64,000 bases of DNA, from positions 124,001 through 188,000 of IMG/VR virus record IMGVR_UViG_3300047321_000238. One strand, 5' to 3'. The notes below the pieces were generated by a model. The model was not told where the DNA came from and ran no database searches. It saw nothing but the letters and a program-made list of their open reading frames with translations. Every line of letters begins with the position of its first letter. Position 1 is the stretch's first letter. This document shows positions 28,745 through 37,886 of the stretch, one piece after another. The translations under genes were made by a program, and so were the position numbers.

Positions 28745-30064
28745 ATGGAACAAAAAACATTTATAAGTCTTATAAAAGACGGTGCTATAGAATCACAAAG
28801 TACTTATAAAATTCTTGCAAGTATTACTATTGCTCAAGCTATTTTAGAGAGTGGATGGGGTACTAGTGAATTATATCTTAAAGCAAATAATTGCTTTGGT
28901 ATAAAGTGGACAGAAGGTTGCGGATATGATAAGTATTTAAAAATCACTAAGGAGATTGTAGATGATATAGAAATAACTGTACAAGCCTATTTTAGAAAAT
29001 ATAATAGTCTTAAAGATAGTATTTTAGATCACTCTTTATTCTTACAAAAAGATAGATATAAAAATATCTTAAGTGATAGTGATTATGCATCAGTTGCTAA
29101 TAAGTTATATGCAGATGGATATAGTACAAGTCCTGAATATTCAAGTAAATTAATAATATTAATTAAACAATACAATCTATTTGATTATGATAAAAATAAT
29201 GAGAAAGAAGGCGTTACAATGACAAAATTTGCAATAGACTTTGGACATGGAGTAGGAAGCGACAGAGGAGCAGTTGGAGTTATAGCTGAAGAAACTATAA
29301 TCAATGCAGTTGGTTCTTTCGTAGTTAGTAAACTAAGAGCTCTAGGACACACAGTAGTTGAAGTTAGACCTTCAAGTGCAACAAGTGTTACAAACTCTTT
29401 ATCTCAAAGAGTATCTAAAGCAGATAATAACTATGTAGATATGTATGTTTCACTACATGCTAATGCAGGTGGTGGAGTTGGAACAGAAGTCTTCACTTAT
29501 GGTGCTAAAGAAGTACCTGAAGCAAGAAGAGTTTTAAATAACATTGTATCTTTAGGATTCACTAACAGAGGTATCAAGGATGGAAGCGACTTATATGTTG
29601 TTAAATATCCAGATGCTGTAGCAATGCTTGTAGAAGTTTGTTTTGTAGATACTCAATCTGATGTCAACAAATACAATACATTAGGTGCTGAAGCAATTGC
29701 TAATGCAATAGTAATGGGTTTATCTGGAACAATAACAGCTACAACTAAATTAGGTTGGAATCAAGATTCAACTGGTTGGTGGTACTGTACTGATATTGCT
29801 AGTAAGTCTTGCTATACTAATGCTTGGAAACAAATAGATGGAGAATGGTATAGTTTTGATGATCAAGGCTATGCAAGAAAATCTGCTTGGATTCAAGATA
29901 AAGGTCTTTGGTATTATCTACAAAGTTCATGTAAGATGGCTCATTCTGAGTGGTTATACATTAATGGCGAATCTTATTGTTTTGCTGCAAGTGGGGCATT
30001 GTACGTTAACTGCACTACTCCTGATGGCTATAAAGTGGATGCATCAGGAGCATGGATAATTTAA
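28745..30064 (+). CDS. Endolysin: GH73 glucosaminidase + Amidase_3 + cell-wall-binding repeats
   Basis: AQAILESGWG, NNCFGIK, GYSTSPEY; IDFGHG, SLHANA, LVEVCF; C-terminal W-rich repeats. Confidence 0.9.
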   Translation: MEQKTFISLIKDGAIESQSTYKILASITIAQAILESGWGTSELYLKANNCFGIKWTEGCGYDKYLKITKEIVDDIEITVQAYFRKYNSLKDSILDHSLFLQKDRYKNILSDSDYASVANKLYADGYSTSPEYSSKLIILIKQYNLFDYDKNNEKEGVTMTKFAIDFGHGVGSDRGAVGVIAEETIINAVGSFVVSKLRALGHTVVEVRPSSATSVTNSLSQRVSKADNNYVDMYVSLHANAGGGVGTEVFTYGAKEVPEARRVLNNIVSLGFTNRGIKDGSDLYVVKYPDAVAMLVEVCFVDTQSDVNKYNTLGAEAIANAIVMGLSGTITATTKLGWNQDSTGWWYCTDIASKSCYTNAWKQIDGEWYSFDDQGYARKSAWIQDKGLWYYLQSSCKMAHSEWLYINGESYCFAASGALYVNCTTPDGYKVDASGAWII

Positions 30065-30068
30065 ACAT

Positions 30069-30097
30069 TTGACAATATTATAATATCTCGATATAAT
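30069..30097 (+). promoter_or_regulatory. Consensus SigA promoter
   Basis: Perfect TTGACA-17 bp-TATAAT. Confidence 0.85.
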
Positions 30098-30150
30098 GAT
30101 ATCGTTAATGTGATAATTAAAAGTAGTTATTCTTTTTAATCATTCATTTC

Positions 30151-30180
30151 AAGACACCCGTAGTTTATGGGTGTCTTTTT
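30151..30180 (+). terminator. Rho-independent terminator
   Basis: AAGACACCC...GGGTGTCTT plus T-tract. Confidence 0.8.
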
Positions 30181-30201
30181 ATATTCAAAAATAAAGGAGG
30201 T

Positions 30202-31344
30202 TTGTTTAATAAAATGTTTCCTCAAGAATTTATAGACAAAGTAAAGGATTCTGTTGATATGAGAAAGTTAGCAGAAGAATATACTGTGTTAGAGAAAGTA
30301 GGAAATGGTGTATATAGAGGTCCTTGTCCTCATCCAGAACATGATGATAAACATCCTAGCTTTTGTGTATGGGAAAAAAGTCAATCATGGGCCTGTTTAG
30401 TATGTCACCATGGGAAAAAGACAGATAAATTTAAAAATTACGGTTCAGATTGTATAGCTTTTATAAGATGGATTAAAAAATGTTCGATGCCAATGGCTAT
30501 AGAATTTTTAGCCAATAAATATGGAATTCCTTTACCATCAAAAAAGAATCAAAAATTACTTGATATGAAAAAAGTTTTAGCTTATAGTTACATGGATAAT
30601 TTAAAAGGACAAGCTTTAAACTATTTACTTGACAGAGGTTTATCTAAAGAAGATTGTTATGAATGGGGCATCGGTTATGATGGTCAAAAAATAATATTCC
30701 CTTTATTAGATAGATATAAAAACATATTAGGATTTACTAAGAGATGGATTGTAATGCCTGAAGACAGAGACGATAAATATAAGAATTCATCAAATAGTGC
30801 AATATTCAATAAAGGTATGTATCTTTATGGAACACATAAGTTAGATTTAGAATTTAGAGAACTTAGAATAACAGAAGGTTCAATGGATGTAATATTGCCA
30901 GATAAGTATGGAGTTAAGAATATTGTTGGAACTTTAGGAACAGCATTTACTGATGGTCATATTGAAATAATAAAACATTACAAAATGATTCCTGTATTTT
31001 GCTTTGATGGAGATCCAGCAGGACTTAAAGCTATTAATAAAAGTATATTCTTGTTAGCAGAGCAAGGCATTTATTCCAAGATATTAATCTTGCCAGAAGG
31101 AAAAGATATGGCAGATTTAGCTATGGAATTAAAAGAAGATACCGAAGCCTATATTCAAGAGCATTCAATTACTTATGGTAATTATTTAATTAGTAATGAA
31201 ATGAATAGTTACTTATCTAAAGTAAATGAATTGAAACTACTTTATTACCCAAAACTTTTAAAAATTTTAAAACAAGTACCTTCTAATGATGAACAAAAAA
31301 TCCTTAAATCTCATATTAAAAATCTAATGAATATTGATATCTAA
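30202..31344 (+). CDS. dnaG: DnaG-type DNA primase
   Basis: Zinc-binding CPHPEHDDKHPSF...CLVC, KYKNS, TOPRIM ITEGSMDV, GTLGTA, FDGDPAG. Confidence 0.9.
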   Translation: MFNKMFPQEFIDKVKDSVDMRKLAEEYTVLEKVGNGVYRGPCPHPEHDDKHPSFCVWEKSQSWACLVCHHGKKTDKFKNYGSDCIAFIRWIKKCSMPMAIEFLANKYGIPLPSKKNQKLLDMKKVLAYSYMDNLKGQALNYLLDRGLSKEDCYEWGIGYDGQKIIFPLLDRYKNILGFTKRWIVMPEDRDDKYKNSSNSAIFNKGMYLYGTHKLDLEFRELRITEGSMDVILPDKYGVKNIVGTLGTAFTDGHIEIIKHYKMIPVFCFDGDPAGLKAINKSIFLLAEQGIYSKILILPEGKDMADLAMELKEDTEAYIQEHSITYGNYLISNEMNSYLSKVNELKLLYYPKLLKILKQVPSNDEQKILKSHIKNLMNIDI

Positions 31345-31355
31345 TATGTTATAAT
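31345..31355 (+). promoter_or_regulatory. Extended -10 promoter element
   Basis: TATGTTATAAT, third copy of the 11-mer; no clear -35. Confidence 0.5.
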
Positions 31356-31373
31356 ACAAGAAGAATAGGGGGA

Positions 31374-31769
31374 ATGAGTATGATATGTAAGTTATGTAAT
31401 TTAAAAGAAATTTGTAAGACCTATGATTTGATTAAGAGCATAGACTATGCAGATATTGAAGTAAATACTTGTGATTTTAATGATAATACTATTACTATGC
31501 ATGAAAGGCATAAAGAAATGCCTGTTAATCCTAAAGTAGTAGCTCAATATCAAGGTAAAGCAAAACCAGATTTAAAAGATTTGGAAAAACAAATTAACAA
31601 TGTGCCAGACAAGCCAGAGCCAGTTAAGGTTGAGTGTCCATCATGTAAAGGAACTACTTATGATGATGACATTAGAATATGCAGCAAATGTGGAAAGAAA
31701 ATTTGCAGTAATTGTGGCACTCATTTTGACAGTAAAGACTTTTGTCAAGAATGCTGGGAAAAGGAATAG
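31374..31769 (+). CDS. Multi-zinc-finger hypothetical protein
   Basis: CKLC, CPSC, CSKC, CSNC, CQEC. Confidence 0.75.
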   Translation: MSMICKLCNLKEICKTYDLIKSIDYADIEVNTCDFNDNTITMHERHKEMPVNPKVVAQYQGKAKPDLKDLEKQINNVPDKPEPVKVECPSCKGTTYDDDIRICSKCGKKICSNCGTHFDSKDFCQECWEKE

Positions 31770-31781
31770 GAGGTATAAGAC

Positions 31782-32504
31782 TTGAATACATTAAAAGAAT
31801 TAATAGAACACATTAAAAAACATAAGGACGCCGTGATTATTATTGGTTCAGAAGTTAATAAACTTAAAACAGAATATACTACAGAAGATTTCAATGAAAT
31901 CTATAATAGAAAGAATCTTAAAAGAGCTCCCGAAAAACTATGGGACTTTTACAAAGATAATATTCTTACTGAAATCGATGATAACGATATGTACAAGCTG
32001 ATAAAAGAAATGGATTATGCATTAGTTGTTAATCAAAATATTAATAGCCCATTAAGAAGTAATGCATTTGATATTCATGGAAATGTCGATAGTTATATGT
32101 GTCCTAGATGTAAAACTATATATACGAGCGACTACGTTAATACAGAGGAAGACTTAAAGAAAGACTGTGAACTATGTGGAGCAACTATAAAACCTTCAGT
32201 GTTACTTGCAGGAGAAAGATATGATCAAGCTCAATTTGATGATCTAAAAGAGAAACTTATTGCTACTCATACTTTAATACTTATTGGTATGGATTATACA
32301 GAACAACCACTATTAGATTTAGTTGCTGATTATGGAGATATAAAAGCACAAGTAAATGCTAATGGTAATCCAGACGACCAAAAAGCTTTAGTAGTTATAC
32401 AAACAGAAGAGCAAGAATTTAATCCTAATCAAATTACATTCTGTGATTTTGTAGTAAAGGGCGATATAGAAGATTCTCTAGTCAGATTTATGAAAGAGTA
32501 TTAG
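31782..32504 (+). CDS. Degenerate sirtuin (Sir2-like)
   Basis: VNQNI, IHGN, CPRC...CELCGATIKPSVLLAGE; lacks GAGIS and the GTS motif. Confidence 0.65.
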   Translation: MNTLKELIEHIKKHKDAVIIIGSEVNKLKTEYTTEDFNEIYNRKNLKRAPEKLWDFYKDNILTEIDDNDMYKLIKEMDYALVVNQNINSPLRSNAFDIHGNVDSYMCPRCKTIYTSDYVNTEEDLKKDCELCGATIKPSVLLAGERYDQAQFDDLKEKLIATHTLILIGMDYTEQPLLDLVADYGDIKAQVNANGNPDDQKALVVIQTEEQEFNPNQITFCDFVVKGDIEDSLVRFMKEY

Positions 32505-32505
32505 T

Positions 32506-32790
32506 ATGGAGTTATTAAGTTTAGTTAATTACTTTCAAAGAGGAATTACATTAAATGAAAAACTTAATATTATTACTCAGGAAGCTCGTTATAGAATAAT
32601 TAGTAATGACTTTAAAAATGAAGTTACTATGAAAATCAAAAAAGCATTTGATGATTATAATTATTTTAATTATCGTGATAATCTTATTCCTACAGTTTCA
32701 TTTGATTTATATAAAATCAATATAGATGTAAAACAAATTGAAGCTCCATTGCATCCAAGTCTTACGGGAGGTGAAGGATGGAATTATTAA
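32506..32790 (+). CDS. ME[LI]L-tag protein, array member 1 (MELLSLV)
   Basis: ORF track; starts 1 nt after the upstream stop. Confidence 0.7.
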   Translation: MELLSLVNYFQRGITLNEKLNIITQEARYRIISNDFKNEVTMKIKKAFDDYNYFNYRDNLIPTVSFDLYKINIDVKQIEAPLHPSLTGGEGWNY

Positions 32791-33326
32791 AATATGTTCA
32801 AGAAATAGAAGAAAATATAATAACAATACCAAATGATTATGGACTTGATCCAAGTCGTATACGTAGTGGAATTTCTATTTATGGCACTGGAGGTTCAATA
32901 GTTGGCACTATGAGTAATATTGATTATCAACCTAGTGAAGACATAAGTGGGTTAATTAATACAAATCTTTCTGGTAGTATATCTCTTGCTAATACTTATG
33001 TACCTGGCGAGACAATGACGGGAAGATTAGAAGTACCTGCTTTTGATGATAGAATTATGCTTTCTGACGGTATGAGTTCAGCTTTTACAGCAGCTACTGC
33101 GTTAAGAATGGCTCCTTCTGTTTCTGAAGAGATTTTAGAAGCTATTCAAAATACAATTAGAGAAGCTATTATAGAAGAATTCAGAAGTATACGTGTTTCA
33201 CCAAGCGATACTGTTACTTATACTTATACTCCACCTAATCATATGGAATATATGACCACAAGAATAGATTTAAGAGCTGAACCAGAAACTTCAGCTCTTG
33301 ATGAACCTCCAACGGAGGATGAATAA
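32778..33326 (+). CDS. ME[LI]L-tag protein, array member 2 (MELLKYV)
   Basis: SD GGAGGTG. Confidence 0.75.
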   Translation: MELLKYVQEIEENIITIPNDYGLDPSRIRSGISIYGTGGSIVGTMSNIDYQPSEDISGLINTNLSGSISLANTYVPGETMTGRLEVPAFDDRIMLSDGMSSAFTAATALRMAPSVSEEILEAIQNTIREAIIEEFRSIRVSPSDTVTYTYTPPNHMEYMTTRIDLRAEPETSALDEPPTEDE

Positions 33327-33327
33327 T

Positions 33328-33579
33328 GTGGAGATATTAAGGTATATAAAAGATGATTATGTTTATGTTTCTATGTTAGATAGGCTAAAGAATCTTGAGA
33401 TGAAAAACAGTATGATTGAATCTCAATTATGCATATTAATGTCACAATCTAATAATTCATGGGAACACAAAATGAAAATAGATAATGCATTAGCATCTAT
33501 AACAAATGTATTCTTAGAGTTAGGCATAGATTCAAATAAACTTAATCGAATAACAGATGCTTTAAAGGAAGTATTGTAA
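33328..33579 (+). CDS. ME[LI]L-tag protein, array member 3 (GTG start, MEILRYI)
   Basis: SD GGAGGA 8 nt before GTG 33328, in frame with track ORF 33298. Confidence 0.7.
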   Translation: MEILRYIKDDYVYVSMLDRLKNLEMKNSMIESQLCILMSQSNNSWEHKMKIDNALASITNVFLELGIDSNKLNRITDALKEVL

Positions 33580-33580
33580 G

Positions 33581-33847
33581 ATGGAGATATTAAATTATAT
33601 AAATACAGAATTAACCAAACGTTTTAATAGTCCAGGAATAACACTTGCTAAAATACCATCAATAAGTAGGATGACATCTACAAATTTAACTAATGCTATT
33701 CAAAATAATTTTGAAAATAAAACATTTTATGTTGGTGATATTGTTATGAATAATGAAAATGGAAATAGAAATATGAATTTTTATATGTATAATGGAACAG
33801 AGTTTGAAATGATTACTCAAGGAGGAGGAATATATGGAATTACTTAG
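33581..33847 (+). CDS. ME[LI]L-tag protein, array member 4 (MEILNYI)
   Basis: Starts 1 nt after the upstream stop. Confidence 0.7.
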   Translation: MEILNYINTELTKRFNSPGITLAKIPSISRMTSTNLTNAIQNNFENKTFYVGDIVMNNENGNRNMNFYMYNGTEFEMITQGGGIYGIT

Positions 33848-34175
33848 TTTTTTAAATAGCTCAAGCATTGAAGATATTCCTCTGCTTGAGTTAGAATCTC
33901 AATTAAAACAATTAAAGCAAACAGTTAGGACAAACTATTTAACAGTTACTTATGGTTCAAGAATTAAACCAATTAAGTGTGTTAGAGAGTATTACTTAAA
34001 TCCACTAACTAAAAAGAAAGTACCTAAAATAAACATTGTAAATGCTTGTACTTCAATACATGGTACATTTGGCATTAAAGATTGTGCCTCCGTTGATTGT
34101 AATAGTTGTCATCGAAAGATGATAGAGAATTACTTTAATGGGGAGGCATATTTAATCAAAAATAATAAAAAATAG
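33834..34175 (+). CDS. ME[LI]L-tag protein, array member 5 (MELLSFL), Cys-rich C-terminus
   Basis: SD GGAGGAGG. Confidence 0.7.
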   Translation: MELLSFLNSSSIEDIPLLELESQLKQLKQTVRTNYLTVTYGSRIKPIKCVREYYLNPLTKKKVPKINIVNACTSIHGTFGIKDCASVDCNSCHRKMIENYFNGEAYLIKNNKK

Positions 34176-34186
34176 CAGAAAAAACA

Positions 34187-34215
34187 TTGACAAGCTATTT
34201 TTTACTATATATACT
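34187..34215 (+). promoter_or_regulatory. SigA-type promoter
   Basis: TTGACA-17 bp-TATACT upstream of hup. Confidence 0.8.
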
Positions 34216-34252
34216 AAATATATAATTTAAATATGAAGGGAAGTTTTTTAAA

Positions 34253-34528
34253 ATGAATAAAAACGAATTAATATCATCAATGGCAGACAAGAGCAAATTA
34301 TCAAAGAAGGATGCTGAATTAGCATTAAAAGCTTTGATAGAAACAGTTGAAGAAACTTTAGTAAATGGGGACAAGGTTGCATTAGTTGGCTTTGGAACAT
34401 TTGAAACTAGAGAAAGAGCTGCTAGAGAAGGAAGAAATCCTAGAACTAAGGAAGTTATAAACATTGCTGCATGTACTGTTCCTGTATTTAAAGCTGGTAA
34501 GGATTTCAAAGATAAGGTTAATAAATAA
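34253..34528 (+). CDS. hup: Histone-like protein HU
   Basis: MNKNELI, LVGFGTFE, AAREGRNPRT, VPVFKAGK. Confidence 0.95.
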   Translation: MNKNELISSMADKSKLSKKDAELALKALIETVEETLVNGDKVALVGFGTFETRERAAREGRNPRTKEVINIAACTVPVFKAGKDFKDKVNK

Positions 34529-34530
34529 TA

Positions 34531-34680
34531 ATGAAAAAGACTAAGAAAATCTTATTATTGCTATGGATAGTATTAGGTATTTCTATACTTATAGTAAATG
34601 ACAAATATTATGCAGAAGCAATAGCAATGTGCTATGCGATAAATGGATTTTTAGATGTAGTTAATAAAGATTATAAATAA
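34531..34680 (+). CDS. Possible small membrane protein (49 aa)
   Basis: Basic N-terminus plus hydrophobic stretch; no strong SD. Confidence 0.4.
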   Translation: MKKTKKILLLLWIVLGISILIVNDKYYAEAIAMCYAINGFLDVVNKDYK

Positions 34681-34684
34681 AATC

Positions 34685-34709
34685 AAGAGCACGATATGTG
34701 CTCTTTTTT
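34685..34709 (+). terminator. Rho-independent terminator
   Basis: AAGAGCAC-5-GTGCTCTT plus T-tract. Confidence 0.75.
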
Positions 34710-34736
34710 AGTCAATAGAGGGGAGAGAACATACTA

Positions 34737-35345
34737 TTGCTTAATAAATCTGAACTAAAGGAAAAATATAAAGATGAAAAAGTATTTGTACTTCCATCTA
34801 ATCTAGTTCAAAATATCGGTGATAAATTTACTAAGTTAAAACACGATCCTGCAATATGGAGAAAGTATGATAACTTAGGACTTTATATTCCACGATATGA
34901 TGCTGAATATAATTTAGCATTTCAACAAATCATTCCATACTTCTTAGTAACTAACAATGACGAATCAAAGTTCTATGTTGGTAAAAGAATTAAGGGTGAC
35001 TCTAGACTAGAAGGAATGTTATCGCTAGGATTTGGAGGACATATTAACGAATGTGATGGAACTAATGAAGCTGTATTTAAAGCTTTATATAGGGAAATGA
35101 ACGAAGAACTTAATATTGAACCAACATCTAGTTTCAAATTCATAGGAACTATGAGAGACTTACTATCTGACACTTCAGAACACTTTGGACTTATCTTTAT
35201 TATAAAATCAGAAGAGACTACCATCTCTATAAAAGAAACCGACACTTTAGAGGGCTTGTGGATGACAAAACAAGAAATGTTTGATTCCTATGGCAAATTC
35301 GAGAGCTGGGCTAAATACTTGTTAGATTACTTTTATGAGAACTAA
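34737..35345 (+). CDS. NUDIX-family hydrolase
   Basis: QQIIPY, SLGFGGHI...ALYREMNEEL Nudix box. Confidence 0.8.
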   Translation: MLNKSELKEKYKDEKVFVLPSNLVQNIGDKFTKLKHDPAIWRKYDNLGLYIPRYDAEYNLAFQQIIPYFLVTNNDESKFYVGKRIKGDSRLEGMLSLGFGGHINECDGTNEAVFKALYREMNEELNIEPTSSFKFIGTMRDLLSDTSEHFGLIFIIKSEETTISIKETDTLEGLWMTKQEMFDSYGKFESWAKYLLDYFYEN

Positions 35346-35444
35346 TTAAATAAATATTTTAAATATTTAATGCTAGGTTATAAATATACGACCTAGCGTT
35401 AGTAATATAAGAGTAAATATTTATTTAATAGAGGAGAGAAGATT

Positions 35445-37664
35445 ATGCTAACGATAAGTAAAAGAGATGGTAGAGAACAAAAATTTGATTTATGGAAAGT
35501 TCAACATTCAATTAACCAAGCTGCATTTTCAATTAAGATGGAATTAAATACTATAGAATATGAAGAAGTCTTTAATAAATGCAAAGAATTAATTGGAGAA
35601 GATGGTGTTGTAGACGTAGAAAAACTACAAAATGCAATTGAAAAAGCATTGTATTTATGTGGTCACAGAAAAATAAGAGATTCTTATAAATCTTATAGAA
35701 AAGATCGTACACAAATTCGTGATACTAAATCAGATATCATGAAAGCCATTAATGCTATAGGTGTACAAACTGATAGAGATAATGCTAATGTTGGAAACAA
35801 CTTTAGTGCGAAGTTACTTAGAATAGCTTCTGAATCTAATAAGTGGACACAATTAGCTTTGATGCCTAAAGACCTAGCTAAAGAACATGAGAATTTAGAT
35901 TTATATTTTCATGACTTAGATAGTTATAACTTAACTCTTAATTGTCTTCATATACCTACAGGACAAATTCTTCAAAGAGGATTCAATACTGGATATGGAA
36001 CAATTAATAAGCCTAAGAGAATAGAAACAGCTGCAGATTTATCATGCATTCTTATGCAATCAACTCAAAATGATATGTTTGGTGGTCAATCACATCCAAA
36101 CTTTGATAATGATATGGCTCCATTTGTAGAATCTTCAAGACAAGAAATTGCTGAAGAACATTATTCTAGAATTGGTGAATTTGTTTCTGACGGATATTTT
36201 CATTATATCACTAAGAATAAAGAATCAATAGAAAAAGATATTGAAGTGAAAGTTGATAAATCAGTACATCAAGCTATGCAAGGAGTGGTTTATAATTTAA
36301 ATACCATGCATTGCCGTGCAGGTTCTCAAGTTCCATTTAGTTCAATTAATATAGGACTACCTGAATCTGAAGATGCAGCACTAGTATGCAAAGCGTTTTT
36401 AGAAGAATATGATAAAGGTCTAGGAAAAGGTGAACAACCTATATTCCCTAACATCATATTCAGAGTTAAATCAGGAGTTAATAGAGAGCCATCAGATCCA
36501 TATTACTACTTATTTAAGTTAGCTTGTAAAGTAGCTGCTAAAAGAATGAATCCTACATTTATGAATATAGATGCAGACTTCAATAAAGAGTATTATGATA
36601 AGGGATATATTCCTGCAACTATGGGATGCAGAACTGCATTAATGTCTAATGTTAATGGAGATCCTGGTGTTGAGGGTAGAGGTAACAATGCACCTACTAC
36701 TATTAATCTTCCTAGATTAGGTATTAGAGCAATGCTTTATGCAGATGAAGCAGTCAAAGAAGTAAACATGGTTGTTACAAGATATGATAATTACTATAAT
36801 AGTATTGTTGTTGCAAAGTTCTTTGAATTATTTGATGAAAAGATATCTTTATCTAGAGATTCATTAATGCATAGATACGGAGTACTGAAGAATCTAAGAG
36901 TTAAAGATTTACCATTCGTGGCAGGTCAAGGATTAATGAAAGGTTCTGAAGGGCTAGGACCAAATGATTCTATTGAACCAATACTTAAAAATGGTACTTG
37001 GGGAATAGGGTTTACAGGGCTTGCTGAAACATTAATAGCTATATGTGGTAAACATCATGGTGAAAGTGAATACGCAAGAGACTTAGGTGAGCAAATCATT
37101 ACTCATTTAAGAAATAGATGTGACGAATATAAAGAGATAGACAAAATGAATTGGAGTTGTTACGCAACACCTGCAGAAGGTCTTTCAGGCAAATTCGTTC
37201 CAGTGGATAGAAAAATATATGGAAATATTCCAGGTGTAACTGATAAAGATTACTATACAAATAGTTATCATGTTCCAGTTGATTGTATTATATCTATTAA
37301 AGATAAAATAGCAATCGAAGCACCATACCATAAACTTTGTAATGGAGGACATATTTCTTATATTGAAATGGATGATTATCCAGATGGAGACACTATTGAA
37401 AATATAATTAGATATGCTTACGAAAATACAAATATAAGTTATATGGGTATTAACTTTCATATAAGATATTGTAAAGACTGTGGAACTTATCTTCATGGAG
37501 AAAATGAATGTCCAAGTTGTGACAGTCATGAAATCCAAGGTATCTCTAGAGTTACAGGATATTTAAGTCTTGATGAGAGATTTGGTCCAGGAAAGTCTGC
37601 AGAAAGAGCAGCGAGAACTAATCATAATGGAAATCATAAAAATAATTATTATTTGGAGGAATAG
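35445..37664 (+). CDS. nrdD: Anaerobic ribonucleoside-triphosphate reductase (class III) with ATP cone
   Basis: ISKRDG ATP cone, QNDMFGGQS, ATMGCR, YATPAE, CxxC...CxxC, ISRVTGYL glycyl-radical motif. Confidence 0.95.
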   Translation: MLTISKRDGREQKFDLWKVQHSINQAAFSIKMELNTIEYEEVFNKCKELIGEDGVVDVEKLQNAIEKALYLCGHRKIRDSYKSYRKDRTQIRDTKSDIMKAINAIGVQTDRDNANVGNNFSAKLLRIASESNKWTQLALMPKDLAKEHENLDLYFHDLDSYNLTLNCLHIPTGQILQRGFNTGYGTINKPKRIETAADLSCILMQSTQNDMFGGQSHPNFDNDMAPFVESSRQEIAEEHYSRIGEFVSDGYFHYITKNKESIEKDIEVKVDKSVHQAMQGVVYNLNTMHCRAGSQVPFSSINIGLPESEDAALVCKAFLEEYDKGLGKGEQPIFPNIIFRVKSGVNREPSDPYYYLFKLACKVAAKRMNPTFMNIDADFNKEYYDKGYIPATMGCRTALMSNVNGDPGVEGRGNNAPTTINLPRLGIRAMLYADEAVKEVNMVVTRYDNYYNSIVVAKFFELFDEKISLSRDSLMHRYGVLKNLRVKDLPFVAGQGLMKGSEGLGPNDSIEPILKNGTWGIGFTGLAETLIAICGKHHGESEYARDLGEQIITHLRNRCDEYKEIDKMNWSCYATPAEGLSGKFVPVDRKIYGNIPGVTDKDYYTNSYHVPVDCIISIKDKIAIEAPYHKLCNGGHISYIEMDDYPDGDTIENIIRYAYENTNISYMGINFHIRYCKDCGTYLHGENECPSCDSHEIQGISRVTGYLSLDERFGPGKSAERAARTNHNGNHKNNYYLEE

Positions 37665-37666
37665 AT

Positions 37667-37870
37667 ATGGATTTTGAAAAAGGTATGACCTATGAAACAG
37701 AGGACAAAAAATTAGTAACCTGTTTTGAGTTAACAGAAACTTTTGCATTTTTATGTCCAATAGATTTAGATGGAAATTTAGATCTTACTAAAGTAGATGT
37801 ATATTCTACTAAAGAAGGAGTTACTCCAATAGAAACAGTTGAAGTTGCAGATAAAAATAAGGAATTATAA
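37667..37870 (+). CDS. Small acidic hypothetical protein
   Basis: SD GGAGGA. Confidence 0.65.
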   Translation: MDFEKGMTYETEDKKLVTCFELTETFAFLCPIDLDGNLDLTKVDVYSTKEGVTPIETVEVADKNKEL

Positions 37871-37886
37871 AAGGGGGATTTTTATA

